DNA from: a virus | Strand: one strand, 5' to 3' | Length of the DNA: 42,123 bases | IMG/VR virus record: IMGVR_UViG_3300045988_118927 | Location: 1 to 42,123 of that record | Part shown: piece after piece, positions 1 through 7,836 of the stretch | How the letters are laid out: each line of letters starts with the position of its first letter | Numbering within the stretch: position 1 is the first letter of the stretch | Notes under the pieces: generated by a model | Databases searched by the model: none | The model's input: the letters and a program-made list of their open reading frames with translations, nothing else | What the model was told of the DNA's origin: nothing | Translations under genes and position numbers: made by a program

Positions 1-129
1 AATTATTCGGCGGCAACGAACACAGGCTATCGTTCGGCGGCAACGAACACAGGCGATTATTCGGCGGCAACGAACACAGGCAATTATTCGGCGGCAACGA
101 ACACAGGCAATTATTCGGCGGCAAGCGTT
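1..129 (+). repeat. 27-bp tandem repeat (21 invariant nt plus a 6-nt variable hexamer), 3' portion of the array
   Basis: Five units of tcggcggcaacgaacacaggc + NNNNNN are read directly. The array is in frame and coding. Confidence 0.95.
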
Positions 130-354
130 GAGGGTAAGAGCAGTTTTGCAATTGCGACAGGGATTAACAGCAAAGCAAAGGGAAAACTCGGTTGCTATAT
201 CGCTGTTGCAGAGTGGGTGCAAAAAGATGATGGAGAGTATGAGTTAATCAATTTTAGAACGCATAAAGTTGACGGAAAAACCGTCAAGGAAGACACATAC
301 TATACGTTAAAAAACGGAAAATTTGTGGAGGTAAAAACGAATGAAGACATATAA
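1..354 (+). CDS. 3' part of a wrap-around gene: nonapeptide-repeat protein continuing from 41566..42123
   Basis: Frame 1 is open from nt 1 to TAA at 352-354. It has the same SAATNTGxx 27-nt repeat and the same frame as the ORF leaving the 3' end. C-terminal domain reads SVEGKSSFAIATGINSKAKGKLGCYIAVAEWVQKDDGEYELINF... Confidence 0.8.
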   Translation, partial: NYSAATNTGYRSAATNTGDYSAATNTGNYSAATNTGNYSAASVEGKSSFAIATGINSKAKGKLGCYIAVAEWVQKDDGEYELINFRTHKVDGKTVKEDTYYTLKNGKFVEVKTNEDI

Positions 355-613
355 GGTAATCGCTTTCTTCATTGCACAGTTCCTGCGTATATGGGTATCA
401 GCGGCAGTGCTTGTTGCTACATATGTGCCGATGTCAGCTTTAGCTTATGCTGAACGTGGATACAAGGCAATCGGTGGCGAGATTATCCCACCAATAATGC
501 TCACGGCTGTTGCGTGGGTAGGTATGGGATGGCTTACGGAAACGTTATACAAGGAATACGTTGCTGAGATAAGGCTGATAAGAGCGGCAAGAAAAAACAA
601 GAAAGACAAATAA
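341..613 (+). CDS. Small membrane protein (2-3 predicted TM segments), function unknown
   Basis: The ATG overlaps the preceding stop (ATGA-type junction) and GGAGG lies 7 nt upstream. Hydrophobic stretches VIAFFIAQFL, VSAAVLVATYV and IMLTAVAWVGMGWL, with a basic C-terminal tail. Confidence 0.6.
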   Translation: MKTYKVIAFFIAQFLRIWVSAAVLVATYVPMSALAYAERGYKAIGGEIIPPIMLTAVAWVGMGWLTETLYKEYVAEIRLIRAARKNKKDK

Positions 614-679
614 AAAAAATAAGCCGTCCGAAGACGGCAAAAGAAAATGCACAAGACAAGTATAACACAGGAGGACAAA

Positions 680-1000
680 ATGTCAATACCACAGATAACA
701 GATGACGAGAAAGAGATACTTCAGAGTGCAATCGCATCCTATGGCGAGATGGCACAGGAAGATGTGTTGTTTGAAGAGATGTCCGAGCTTGAGAAAGCAA
801 TTTTGAAGCTCAGACGCACAAGATATATGGACGAAAGCAAACGTGTTGATGTAATTGAGGAGCTTGCAGACGTGTACATAATGATAACACAGATGTACAT
901 GCGTTTCTGCTGTACGAAAGAAGAAAAAGCTCTGTTCGGTGTCAATCTTCATAAGAAGATAGAGCGACTCAGTCAGTACATAAAGAGGGATTTCCAGTGA
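680..1000 (+). CDS. MazG-like nucleotide pyrophosphohydrolase-type small protein (tentative)
   Basis: The internal ATG at 680 is preceded by caggagga, unlike the track start at 647. EExxE / EELADVYIM acidic helix motifs (EEMSELEKAIL...EELADVYIMITQM) resemble the MazG/NTP-PPase four-helix family. Confidence 0.5.
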   Translation: MSIPQITDDEKEILQSAIASYGEMAQEDVLFEEMSELEKAILKLRRTRYMDESKRVDVIEELADVYIMITQMYMRFCCTKEEKALFGVNLHKKIERLSQYIKRDFQ

Positions 1001-1197
1001 ACGAGCAAGTTAAGAAAATGATAGACGGCGTAACAGATGCAGAATTTCATTCCGCTCTGATCAAGGCGGTGTATAAACTGTTACGCATCGTGGACAGATT
1101 CGGCGATGCAGACGGTAGGCGTTTGACGATGGAGTATCTGACGGCACTTGTTGTCGAGCAGATAGAGTCTGACAGGATGACGGAGGCAACGATATGA
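997..1197 (+). CDS. Hypothetical protein, 66 aa
   Basis: Start overlaps the previous stop (GTGA); co-oriented in a tightly packed operon. Confidence 0.5.
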   Translation: MNEQVKKMIDGVTDAEFHSALIKAVYKLLRIVDRFGDADGRRLTMEYLTALVVEQIESDRMTEATI

Positions 1198-1370
1198 TAA
1201 GATGTGATATCTGCGGATGGGTAGGAAATCGTGAGGACAAGCTCAAGGTAAAGCAGGATGGTGGCGAATATCAAGGTATCCCGGTAACGTTTGAAACGAG
1301 CTGCTGTCCGAACTGTCACGGTGAAGATTTCACGGACTTGGATTTAACCGATGACGAAGACGATATGTAA
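1194..1370 (+). CDS. Small zinc-ribbon-like protein, 58 aa (below the ORF track cutoff)
   Basis: ATGA overlap with the previous gene. Translation MIRCDICGW...CCPNCHGEDF has CxxC...CxxC and an acidic tail. It fills an otherwise empty 210-nt gap. Confidence 0.45.
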   Translation: MIRCDICGWVGNREDKLKVKQDGGEYQGIPVTFETSCCPNCHGEDFTDLDLTDDEDDM

Positions 1371-1409
1371 GCGGGCAGAATGATGAATCAGCATAGAAAG
1401 GACTAATAA

Positions 1410-2786
1410 ATGGATAAGTATAACTCGTTTATAGCAAGCAAAGCTATAACAGTTGAAGCTAAAGGATTTAAAGTTGATATAAGTGAACTGAATCCGATGC
1501 TCTTTGATTTTCAGAAAGATATAGTCCGTTGGGCTCTTGCAAAGGGTAAAGCGGCAATATTTGCTGATTGTGGTGATGGCAAGACTGCGATGCAACTCGA
1601 ATGGGCGGAACAGATACGGAAGAGGACGGGAGCAAAAGTGCTCATAATAGCTCCACTCGCAGTATCGGCTCAGACACAGAGAGAAGGTCAAAAATTTGGT
1701 ATAGCGGTTAATATCTGTTCTTCTCAAAGTGATGCAACAAACACTGCGGTCAACATCACTAATTATGAGAAACTTGATAAGTTCATATCATCAGAGTTTG
1801 AAGCAATTGTGCTTGACGAAAGTTCTATCATTAAGAGTTTTTCGGGAAAGATACGTAATCAGATAATGGGTATGTTTGCAATGACACCATACAAACTTGC
1901 TTGCACCGCTACGCCTGCTCCTAATGACTATATGGAACTCGGCAATCACTCTGAGTTCTTAGGGGTAATGACACGAGCTGAAATGCTTGCAATGTACTTC
2001 GTGCATGATGGCGGAGAAACGTCAAAATGGCGGCTTAAAGGTCATGCTCAGGATTTATTCTGGAAATGGCTATCGAGTTGGTGCGTTGTAATGGATGATC
2101 CTAAAAAACTCGGATATAAATGCGATGGCTATGATTTACCAGTGCTAAACGTGCATGAAATAGTTGTTGATGCAGAGTACGCCGAGAATGTAACAATGAC
2201 GCTAACAGAGCGGCGTGAAGCACGTAAAGAATCGCTCGATGCAAGGTGCTATGCAGCGGCTGAACTTGTCAATTCATCTGAAGAAACATGGTTATGTTGG
2301 TGCGATTTGAACGCAGAAGCGGAGAAACTCCGTAGCACAATTTATGGTAGCGTGAATGTGCAGGGCTCAGACACTGCTGAATATAAGGCGAAATCTATGC
2401 TTGATTTTGCAAGCGGAAATATAAAATGTCTTATAACAAAACCTAAGATAGCGGGATACGGTATGAATTGGCAGAATTGCCATAACGTTATATTCGTAGG
2501 GCTATCAGATAGCTTTGAAGCGTATTATCAGGCTATACGGCGTTGTTGGCGATTTGGGCAGAAAAACGACGTTAATGTGTATATAGTTATTTCTGCACGA
2601 GAGGGAGCAGTAAAAGAAAATATTGAACGTAAGCAACGTGACAATGAAAAAATGAAAGAACATCTTATTGAACTGACTAAGGATATTACACGGCGTGAAT
2701 TAACTGCTACAGTTCGCATATCAACAGAATATAAGCCTATGCAGTCTATGATATTGCCGTTATGGGAGGAATTTAAGTATGCCTAA
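1410..2786 (+). CDS. SNF2/DEAD-like superfamily 2 helicase
   Basis: Motif I-like DCGDGKT, motif II VLDESS, and a SNF2-type motif VI region YYQAIRRCWRFGQ. GGA-rich RBS upstream. Confidence 0.8.
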   Translation: MDKYNSFIASKAITVEAKGFKVDISELNPMLFDFQKDIVRWALAKGKAAIFADCGDGKTAMQLEWAEQIRKRTGAKVLIIAPLAVSAQTQREGQKFGIAVNICSSQSDATNTAVNITNYEKLDKFISSEFEAIVLDESSIIKSFSGKIRNQIMGMFAMTPYKLACTATPAPNDYMELGNHSEFLGVMTRAEMLAMYFVHDGGETSKWRLKGHAQDLFWKWLSSWCVVMDDPKKLGYKCDGYDLPVLNVHEIVVDAEYAENVTMTLTERREARKESLDARCYAAAELVNSSEETWLCWCDLNAEAEKLRSTIYGSVNVQGSDTAEYKAKSMLDFASGNIKCLITKPKIAGYGMNWQNCHNVIFVGLSDSFEAYYQAIRRCWRFGQKNDVNVYIVISAREGAVKENIERKQRDNEKMKEHLIELTKDITRRELTATVRISTEYKPMQSMILPLWEEFKYA

Positions 2787-3705
2787 TGTGATAGAGCAGA
2801 ACATAAAAGAACGATACTCGCTGTATAACGGCGATAGCTGTGAGATAGTTAAGGGAATACCAGACAACAGTATTCACTACACTATCTTTTCACCGCCATT
2901 TGCAAGCCTGTATACATACAGCAATAGCGACAGAGATATGGGCAACTGTAAGAACGATGACGAGTTTTACACGCATTTTAAGTATCTTGCCGCCGAACTG
3001 TTCAGAATAACTATGCCAGGACGTTTACTTTCTTTTCACTGCATGGATTTACCGAAAATGAAAGAGCGTGACGGTGTGATAGGTCTTAAAGATTTTCCTG
3101 CAATAATTCGTCAGGTATTCGAAGATTGCGGTTTTATCTATCACAGTCGTGTAACGATATGGAAAAACCCAGTCACCGAAATGCAGAGAACAAAAGCTCT
3201 TGGATTGTTGCATAAACAGATAAAAAAAGACAGTGCTATGAATCGTCAGGGAATACCTGATTACATTCTGACAATGCGTAAGCCCGGAGATAATCCGGAA
3301 CGTGTAACTCATACTGACGAGAGCTTCCCGTGCGATGTGTGGCAACAGTACGCTTCTCCTGTGTGGATGGATATACGTCAGAGTGATACTCTACAAAAAA
3401 ACTCGGCACGAGAAGAAAAGGATGAACGTCATATATGTCCTTTACAGCTTGAAGTAATTAAACGCTGTGTAGAGCTATGGACTAACCCGAATGATATTGT
3501 TCTTGATCCTTTCGGCGGTATAGGATCTGTTCCGTTTGTAGCCCTCGGACTTGGTAGACGTGCGATAGGTATCGAGCTTAAAAGCAGCTATTATAAACAA
3601 ATGGTAGCAAACGCAGAACAGGCAGATAAGAGCTTTAACGGTAGCACATCAGCTATAGGTGAACAGATGAATTTATCAGAGCTGTTCTCATCAAAAAAGG
3701 AATGA
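2779..3705 (+). CDS. DNA methyltransferase (N6-adenine or N4-cytosine, beta-class motif order)
   Basis: Catalytic motif IV FSPPF is near the N-terminus and the AdoMet motif I VLDPFGGIGS is near the C-terminus. Overlaps the helicase gene by 8 nt. Confidence 0.85.
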   Translation: MPNVIEQNIKERYSLYNGDSCEIVKGIPDNSIHYTIFSPPFASLYTYSNSDRDMGNCKNDDEFYTHFKYLAAELFRITMPGRLLSFHCMDLPKMKERDGVIGLKDFPAIIRQVFEDCGFIYHSRVTIWKNPVTEMQRTKALGLLHKQIKKDSAMNRQGIPDYILTMRKPGDNPERVTHTDESFPCDVWQQYASPVWMDIRQSDTLQKNSAREEKDERHICPLQLEVIKRCVELWTNPNDIVLDPFGGIGSVPFVALGLGRRAIGIELKSSYYKQMVANAEQADKSFNGSTSAIGEQMNLSELFSSKKE

Positions 3706-3872
3706 CCTGCTCTCACTGCGGCAAGAACGCAGAGCAAAACAACAACTGGGTATTATGCCCGTTTTACAAATATGAGCCTATATGTATGGCTCATTGCCAC
3801 AACGAATGCAAAAAGTTTGACAGAGCAAGCGGCAAGTGCTTGTTCTTACAGAAGAAAACAGGAGGAAAATAA
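3702..3872 (+). CDS. Small Cys/His-rich protein, 56 aa (below the ORF track cutoff)
   Basis: ATGA overlap with the methyltransferase stop. Translation MTCSHCGKN...LCPFYKYEPICMAHCHNECKKF...GKC. Ends 1 nt before the next gene's start. Confidence 0.4.
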   Translation: MTCSHCGKNAEQNNNWVLCPFYKYEPICMAHCHNECKKFDRASGKCLFLQKKTGGK

Positions 3873-3873
3873 A

Positions 3874-4530
3874 ATGGCAACAGCAAAGAAAACAGAAACG
3901 GTTGAAATCAAGCCGATAGAGATAAAGCAAGTGACACTGAGGATAGAGGGCGATACGCCTATCATTATGCACGCTTGGAGCGAGAAAGCAAAGAAGATGA
4001 TGCTCGATGCTCAGATGGGACTTGCCAAAGGCAAGAAGAAAGAAGCAAAGAATCCGATAGATGATTTCATCCAGTCAATGTACTGGCTGACCGACAAGCC
4101 CAAAGAAAGCACAGAAGAAGCCTTTATGCAGGCAATAAAGGACGGAGCAAGGTTCGGCTTCCCTGCTACATCGTTTAAACAGGCGGCAATCTCTGCGGCA
4201 TACAGACTCGGATATGTCAAGGACAAGATGGGTTTGCGTGGTGCGTTCTTCATAAACGGAGATGAAAACGGAATGGTTGAAATTCATTCAGATGTGCCGA
4301 TTATGCGTGAGGATATGGTCAAAATCGGTATGGGAACGGCTGACTTAAGATATCGTGGAGAATTCCGTAACTGGTGGGCAGAGCTTCACTTAACCTACAA
4401 TGTCAACAGCGGATTCTCACTTGAGAACATAATCAACGCTATCAACGCAGGAGGATACGCTTGCGGTGTGGGCGAATGGAGAGTTGAAAAGGACGGTCAG
4501 TTTGGAGCATTCCACATAGCCGTTGATTAA
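3874..4530 (+). CDS. Conserved-looking phage protein, function unknown (218 aa)
   Basis: The internal ATG at 3874 is preceded by acaggagga, so the track start at 3772 is rejected because it would overlap the small ORF. I could not name a family. Confidence 0.6.
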   Translation: MATAKKTETVEIKPIEIKQVTLRIEGDTPIIMHAWSEKAKKMMLDAQMGLAKGKKKEAKNPIDDFIQSMYWLTDKPKESTEEAFMQAIKDGARFGFPATSFKQAAISAAYRLGYVKDKMGLRGAFFINGDENGMVEIHSDVPIMREDMVKIGMGTADLRYRGEFRNWWAELHLTYNVNSGFSLENIINAINAGGYACGVGEWRVEKDGQFGAFHIAVD

Positions 4531-4780
4531 GGCAGGCAAGGCTTGTTCCGGTAAGGTTGGGTAAGGCAAGTCAGGGTACAGCAGGTAAGGCAGGGTATGG
4601 CATGGCAGGCGAGGTTTGGTGTGGCATGGTACGGTTGGGCTTGGCAAGGCAGGCAAGGCAGGCAAGGCGAGGTAGGCTAAGGCACGGTCTTGTTCGGTAT
4701 GGTGTGTTACGGCAGGTTAGGTGCGGCAAGGTGTGTTTGGGCGAGTTCCGTTAAGGCTCGGTATGGCAGGCTTGGAAGCC
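4531..4780 (+). repeat. G-rich, strongly strand-asymmetric tract of degenerate short repeats (GGCAAGG / GGCAGG / GGTAAGG / GGTATGG), non-coding
   Basis: Hand count over 250 nt gives about 43% G and 16% C, with about 43 separate G-runs (GG or GGG) spaced on average about 6 nt apart. The core GGCAAGGCAGGCAAGGCAGGCAAGGCGAGG lies at 4643-4672. CC occurs only three times (ttccgg at 4545-4550, ttccg at 4746-4750, gcc at 4778-4780). Confidence 0.9.
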
Positions 4781-4803
4781 TAATAATAATCAGGAGGTCA
4801 AAT

Positions 4804-5277
4804 ATGGTCTACGAATGGAAAGGAGCATCCCGAATAAAAGCGGATGCTCAGAAGGCAGGAGAGCTGTTTGAACAGCTTGAAGCCGAGAATGACTTGACAG
4901 CGGCAAGAGTTGTCGAGGAAAGCAGAGCCGAAGATGCGGTTCTGCACGATGAGTTCGAATGGAATGACTCGGAAGCGGCAAACAAGTACAGAGAAGGACA
5001 GGCAAGGCATCTCATAAATGCTATCACTATTGCAACAGTAAAAGCAGAAGGTTGTGATAAGCCTATCCCGGTGAGAGCGTTTTTTAATGTATCAGCCGAC
5101 AGCACTTACACAAGTGTAGTCAGCATCGCCAACAGTGCAGAAAAAACGGCAAATTTGGTGGCACAGGCAAAAAGAGAGTTAATTACCTTTACGAACAAGT
5201 ACAACGCAATACAGAGCTATCTGAGCGGCGTTTTCGATGCAATCAAGGAGGCAACCGATGTCAAGAGTGATAGTTAA
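4804..5277 (+). CDS. Hypothetical phage protein, 157 aa
   Basis: ATG at 4804 is preceded by caggaggtcaaat. Contains an HDEFEWNDSEAANKYREGQARHLI motif that I recall from phage proteins, but I cannot name the family. Confidence 0.6.
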   Translation: MVYEWKGASRIKADAQKAGELFEQLEAENDLTAARVVEESRAEDAVLHDEFEWNDSEAANKYREGQARHLINAITIATVKAEGCDKPIPVRAFFNVSADSTYTSVVSIANSAEKTANLVAQAKRELITFTNKYNAIQSYLSGVFDAIKEATDVKSDS

Positions 5278-6196
5278 GACGGTAGGGTTGAGCCGAGAAG
5301 ATTGGCTTGAATATCGCCGTAAAGGTTTAGGAGGCTCGGATGCCTCAACAGTATGTGGTCTGAATCCGTACAGTAGTAAACTGACACTGTGGGCAGATAA
5401 GACAGGCAGACTTCCCGAAAAGGAAGATAGCGAGGCAATGAGAACAGGGCGTGATCTTGAACAGTATGTCGCATCACGTTTCGAAGAAGCTACAGGCAAG
5501 AGGGTACATCGCAGAAACGCTATGTTCGCTCACGATAAGTACGATTTCATCACTGCGAACGTTGACCGTGAGGTAGTCGGCGAAAACGCAGGGCTTGAAT
5601 GCAAGACAACATCTGCGTATGCGAGAAGCGACTTTGAGAATGGCGAAATCCCCCTCAATTACTTATGCCAGTGCAGGCATTATATGAACGTAATGGGATA
5701 CGAAAAAATGTATCTCGCAGTGCTTGTAATGGGCAGAGCATTTTATTGGTTTGAAATACCGTATGACAAAGCCGAAGGCGATGCTTTGCTGAAGATGGAA
5801 ATTGACTTTTGGAATAAGTACATCGTCCCCGATGAGCGACCCGAAGCTGATGGCTCTGACTCAGCGGCAAGCACAATAAGAACGTTGTGGCACACAGAGA
5901 TTGAAGAATCAGCTTGCTTGCTTGGAGATGACACAAACTTTGATAGATATCTCAGCCTGCAGGAACAGAAGAAAGCTATCGAAAAAGCGATGAACGAAGT
6001 AAAGCAGAACGCTATTCTACATCTTGACGGAGCGGAAACAGGCTACACGAACAAGTACAACATAAGCTACAAGGAGTCTTCACGCACAAGCGTTGATACA
6101 AAAGCTCTCAAGGAAAAATATCCGCAGGCATATGCGGATTGCTCAAAAACAACAAAAACAAGGACATTCAGATTATCTGAAAGAAAGGATGTTTAA
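5258..6196 (+). CDS. YqaJ-type viral recombinase exonuclease
   Basis: N-terminal WLEYRRKGLGGSDASTVCGLNPYSS is the YqaJ signature. RBS aaggagg precedes ATG 5258. Sits immediately upstream of recT. Confidence 0.8.
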   Translation: MSRVIVKTVGLSREDWLEYRRKGLGGSDASTVCGLNPYSSKLTLWADKTGRLPEKEDSEAMRTGRDLEQYVASRFEEATGKRVHRRNAMFAHDKYDFITANVDREVVGENAGLECKTTSAYARSDFENGEIPLNYLCQCRHYMNVMGYEKMYLAVLVMGRAFYWFEIPYDKAEGDALLKMEIDFWNKYIVPDERPEADGSDSAASTIRTLWHTEIEESACLLGDDTNFDRYLSLQEQKKAIEKAMNEVKQNAILHLDGAETGYTNKYNISYKESSRTSVDTKALKEKYPQAYADCSKTTKTRTFRLSERKDV

Positions 6197-6198
6197 CG

Positions 6199-7047
6199 AT
6201 GGCAAACACAGTTACAAACGCAAACGGCATAATCGCACAGGCAGCACAGGCACAGATGGAGGCAAGCAAGCCGAAAAAACCGGGTGCTATAATGCAGAGT
6301 CTGCTCGACAACAAGCAGACAAAGAAAATACTGCAGAACGCTCTGCACGAAAACGCAGATAGCTATGCAGCAAGCATTCTCGATCTGTACAACAGTGATA
6401 AAACTTTACAGCAGTGTCAGCCGAAACTCGTTTTCGGCGAGTGCTTAAAGGCGGTATCGCTTAAGCTGCCGATAAACAAGCAGTTAGGCTTTGCATATGT
6501 GGTAGCGTACAAGGGTATTCCTCAGTTCCAGATTGGCTACAAAGGCTTGATACAGCTTTGTATGCGTACAGGACAGTACAAGCATATCAACGCAGGAGAA
6601 GTATACGAAGGCGAATATCAGGGCTACAGCAAACTCACAGGAGAGCTTGATATCTCAGGTGAAAGAACAAGCGACAAGGTAGTTGGCTACTTTGCATACC
6701 TTGAAACGCTTAACGGCTTTACTCACAGTATGTACTGGACAAAGGAAGAGGTCGAAAGACACGCTAAGAAGTACAGCAAGAGTTACAGCTACAGTTCGTC
6801 TGCATGGAAGACAGACTTTGACAAGATGGCGGTTAAGACGATGCTCAGAAATCTGCTGTCACACTACGGTTATATGTCCGTAGAGATGATGAATGCGTTC
6901 TCAGCTGAAGAACCGAAGAAGGCAACGGAGGAAACATCCGCAGAGGATGACAATATCGTGGATGTAGATGCTACGGTTGTTGATACGGAAACAGGCGAAG
7001 TGACAGAGCAGGAGCTTTTCGACAATGACATATCGGTACAGAATTAA
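6199..7047 (+). CDS. recT: RecT-family single-strand annealing protein
   Basis: GYKGLIQLCMRTGQYKHI and surrounding RecT-like sequence. Paired with the YqaJ exonuclease. Confidence 0.85.
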   Translation: MANTVTNANGIIAQAAQAQMEASKPKKPGAIMQSLLDNKQTKKILQNALHENADSYAASILDLYNSDKTLQQCQPKLVFGECLKAVSLKLPINKQLGFAYVVAYKGIPQFQIGYKGLIQLCMRTGQYKHINAGEVYEGEYQGYSKLTGELDISGERTSDKVVGYFAYLETLNGFTHSMYWTKEEVERHAKKYSKSYSYSSSAWKTDFDKMAVKTMLRNLLSHYGYMSVEMMNAFSAEEPKKATEETSAEDDNIVDVDATVVDTETGEVTEQELFDNDISVQN

Positions 7048-7396
7048 AGCAATTCCTCCGAGCAACAACAAGTTCATCGGTCGCAATGCCCGATGGGAAT
7101 ATCAGAAGGTCAAAAAGGAATGGGCGGACTTAGTCCGCTTTTCCTGCCGACCATATCCGAAACAGCCGATAGATAAGTCGGTTGTGCAGATTACATACTG
7201 CTTTCCGACAAAGGTACGGCATGATCCTGATAACTACAGCGGCAAGATGATACTTGACGGCTTGACTTCGGCAGGAATTATAGCGGATGACAGCTTCAGC
7301 CACATCACGCTGATGCTGAGAGCAAAAGTGGATAAGCAGAATCCACACACAGAAATAACGATAACAGAGGTAGACGATTTATGTACAACAGAGTAA
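7025..7396 (+). CDS. rusA: RusA-family Holliday junction resolvase
   Basis: RHDPDNYSGKMILDGLTSAGIIADDS matches the RusA acidic catalytic motif pattern. Size is 123 aa. Confidence 0.8.
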   Translation: MTYRYRIKAIPPSNNKFIGRNARWEYQKVKKEWADLVRFSCRPYPKQPIDKSVVQITYCFPTKVRHDPDNYSGKMILDGLTSAGIIADDSFSHITLMLRAKVDKQNPHTEITITEVDDLCTTE

Positions 7397-7824
7397 CTAT
7401 GATGGGCAGAATTGCAAATGATCTTGAAATCAAGACAACGCAATCAGGAACGAGTGTTCTCACATTCAGACTCGCCGTTGACCGTTCATACAAAGATGCG
7501 GACGGCAACAGAGATACCGACTTCTTTAATTTCACTGCGTGGAGATCGAATGCAGACTTCATCGCTAAGTTTTTCGACAAAGGAAGATTGATTCTTCTCG
7601 ATGCAGAAGCACAGAACAGAACGTATACCGACAAAAATGGCACTGAGAGGCTCGTCACAGAGTTTTTGGTGAATAGGGTATACTTTACTGGGGAGAAGGC
7701 AAACAACGCAAATACGGGGCATTCTACGCCGTCTACGGCGGTTGTGGCAAGCACTCCTGCTCCTGCATCCGCAAATTCAAGCAATCCTGACTTCAATGCT
7801 CCCGAAGATGACTATCCGTTTTGA
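7381..7824 (+). CDS. ssb: Single-stranded DNA-binding protein
   Basis: N-terminal OB-fold sequence NRVTMMGRIANDLEIKTTQSGTSVLTFRLAV...DFFNFTAWR, a Gly/Pro/Ser-rich linker, and the acidic C-terminal tip EDDYPF. Confidence 0.9.
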   Translation: MYNRVTMMGRIANDLEIKTTQSGTSVLTFRLAVDRSYKDADGNRDTDFFNFTAWRSNADFIAKFFDKGRLILLDAEAQNRTYTDKNGTERLVTEFLVNRVYFTGEKANNANTGHSTPSTAVVASTPAPASANSSNPDFNAPEDDYPF

Positions 7825-7836
7825 TGGTGATAGGCT

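Noticed and set aside
623-638. The hairpin gccgtc-cgaa-gacggc after the 90-aa gene as a + strand terminator
   Set aside because: It is followed by A-rich rather than T-rich sequence on the + strand. The T-run polarity fits the minus strand, where there is no gene to terminate, and the next + gene follows closely in the same operon.
3772-3873. Longer N-terminal extensions offered by the ORF track (3772, 647, 4690, 5237, 9361, 9669, 10930, 11558, 11999, 21617, 26450, 28141, 40640)
   Set aside because: In each case an internal ATG or GTG has a good AGGAGG-type RBS at 6-9 nt. The extension also overlaps the preceding gene, a non-coding tract, or the RBS itself.
4557-4754. The 65-aa + strand ORF (and the minus-strand ORF 4417..4665) lying over the G-rich tract
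   Set aside because: The translations are low-complexity products of the repeat (ARQARQARRG, LPALPALPSP). There is no RBS, and the real downstream gene has a strong RBS at 4792-4797. I treat the tract as non-coding.
7305-7796. The long antisense ORF (163 aa) opposite ssb, and similar ones at 9915..10343, 16510..17016, 21295..22017, 22424..22915, 29808..30305 and 37335..37835
   Set aside because: These are shadow ORFs on the strand opposite well-supported genes. They are low-complexity or Cys/Ser/Leu-rich, without RBSs and with no coherent operon context.
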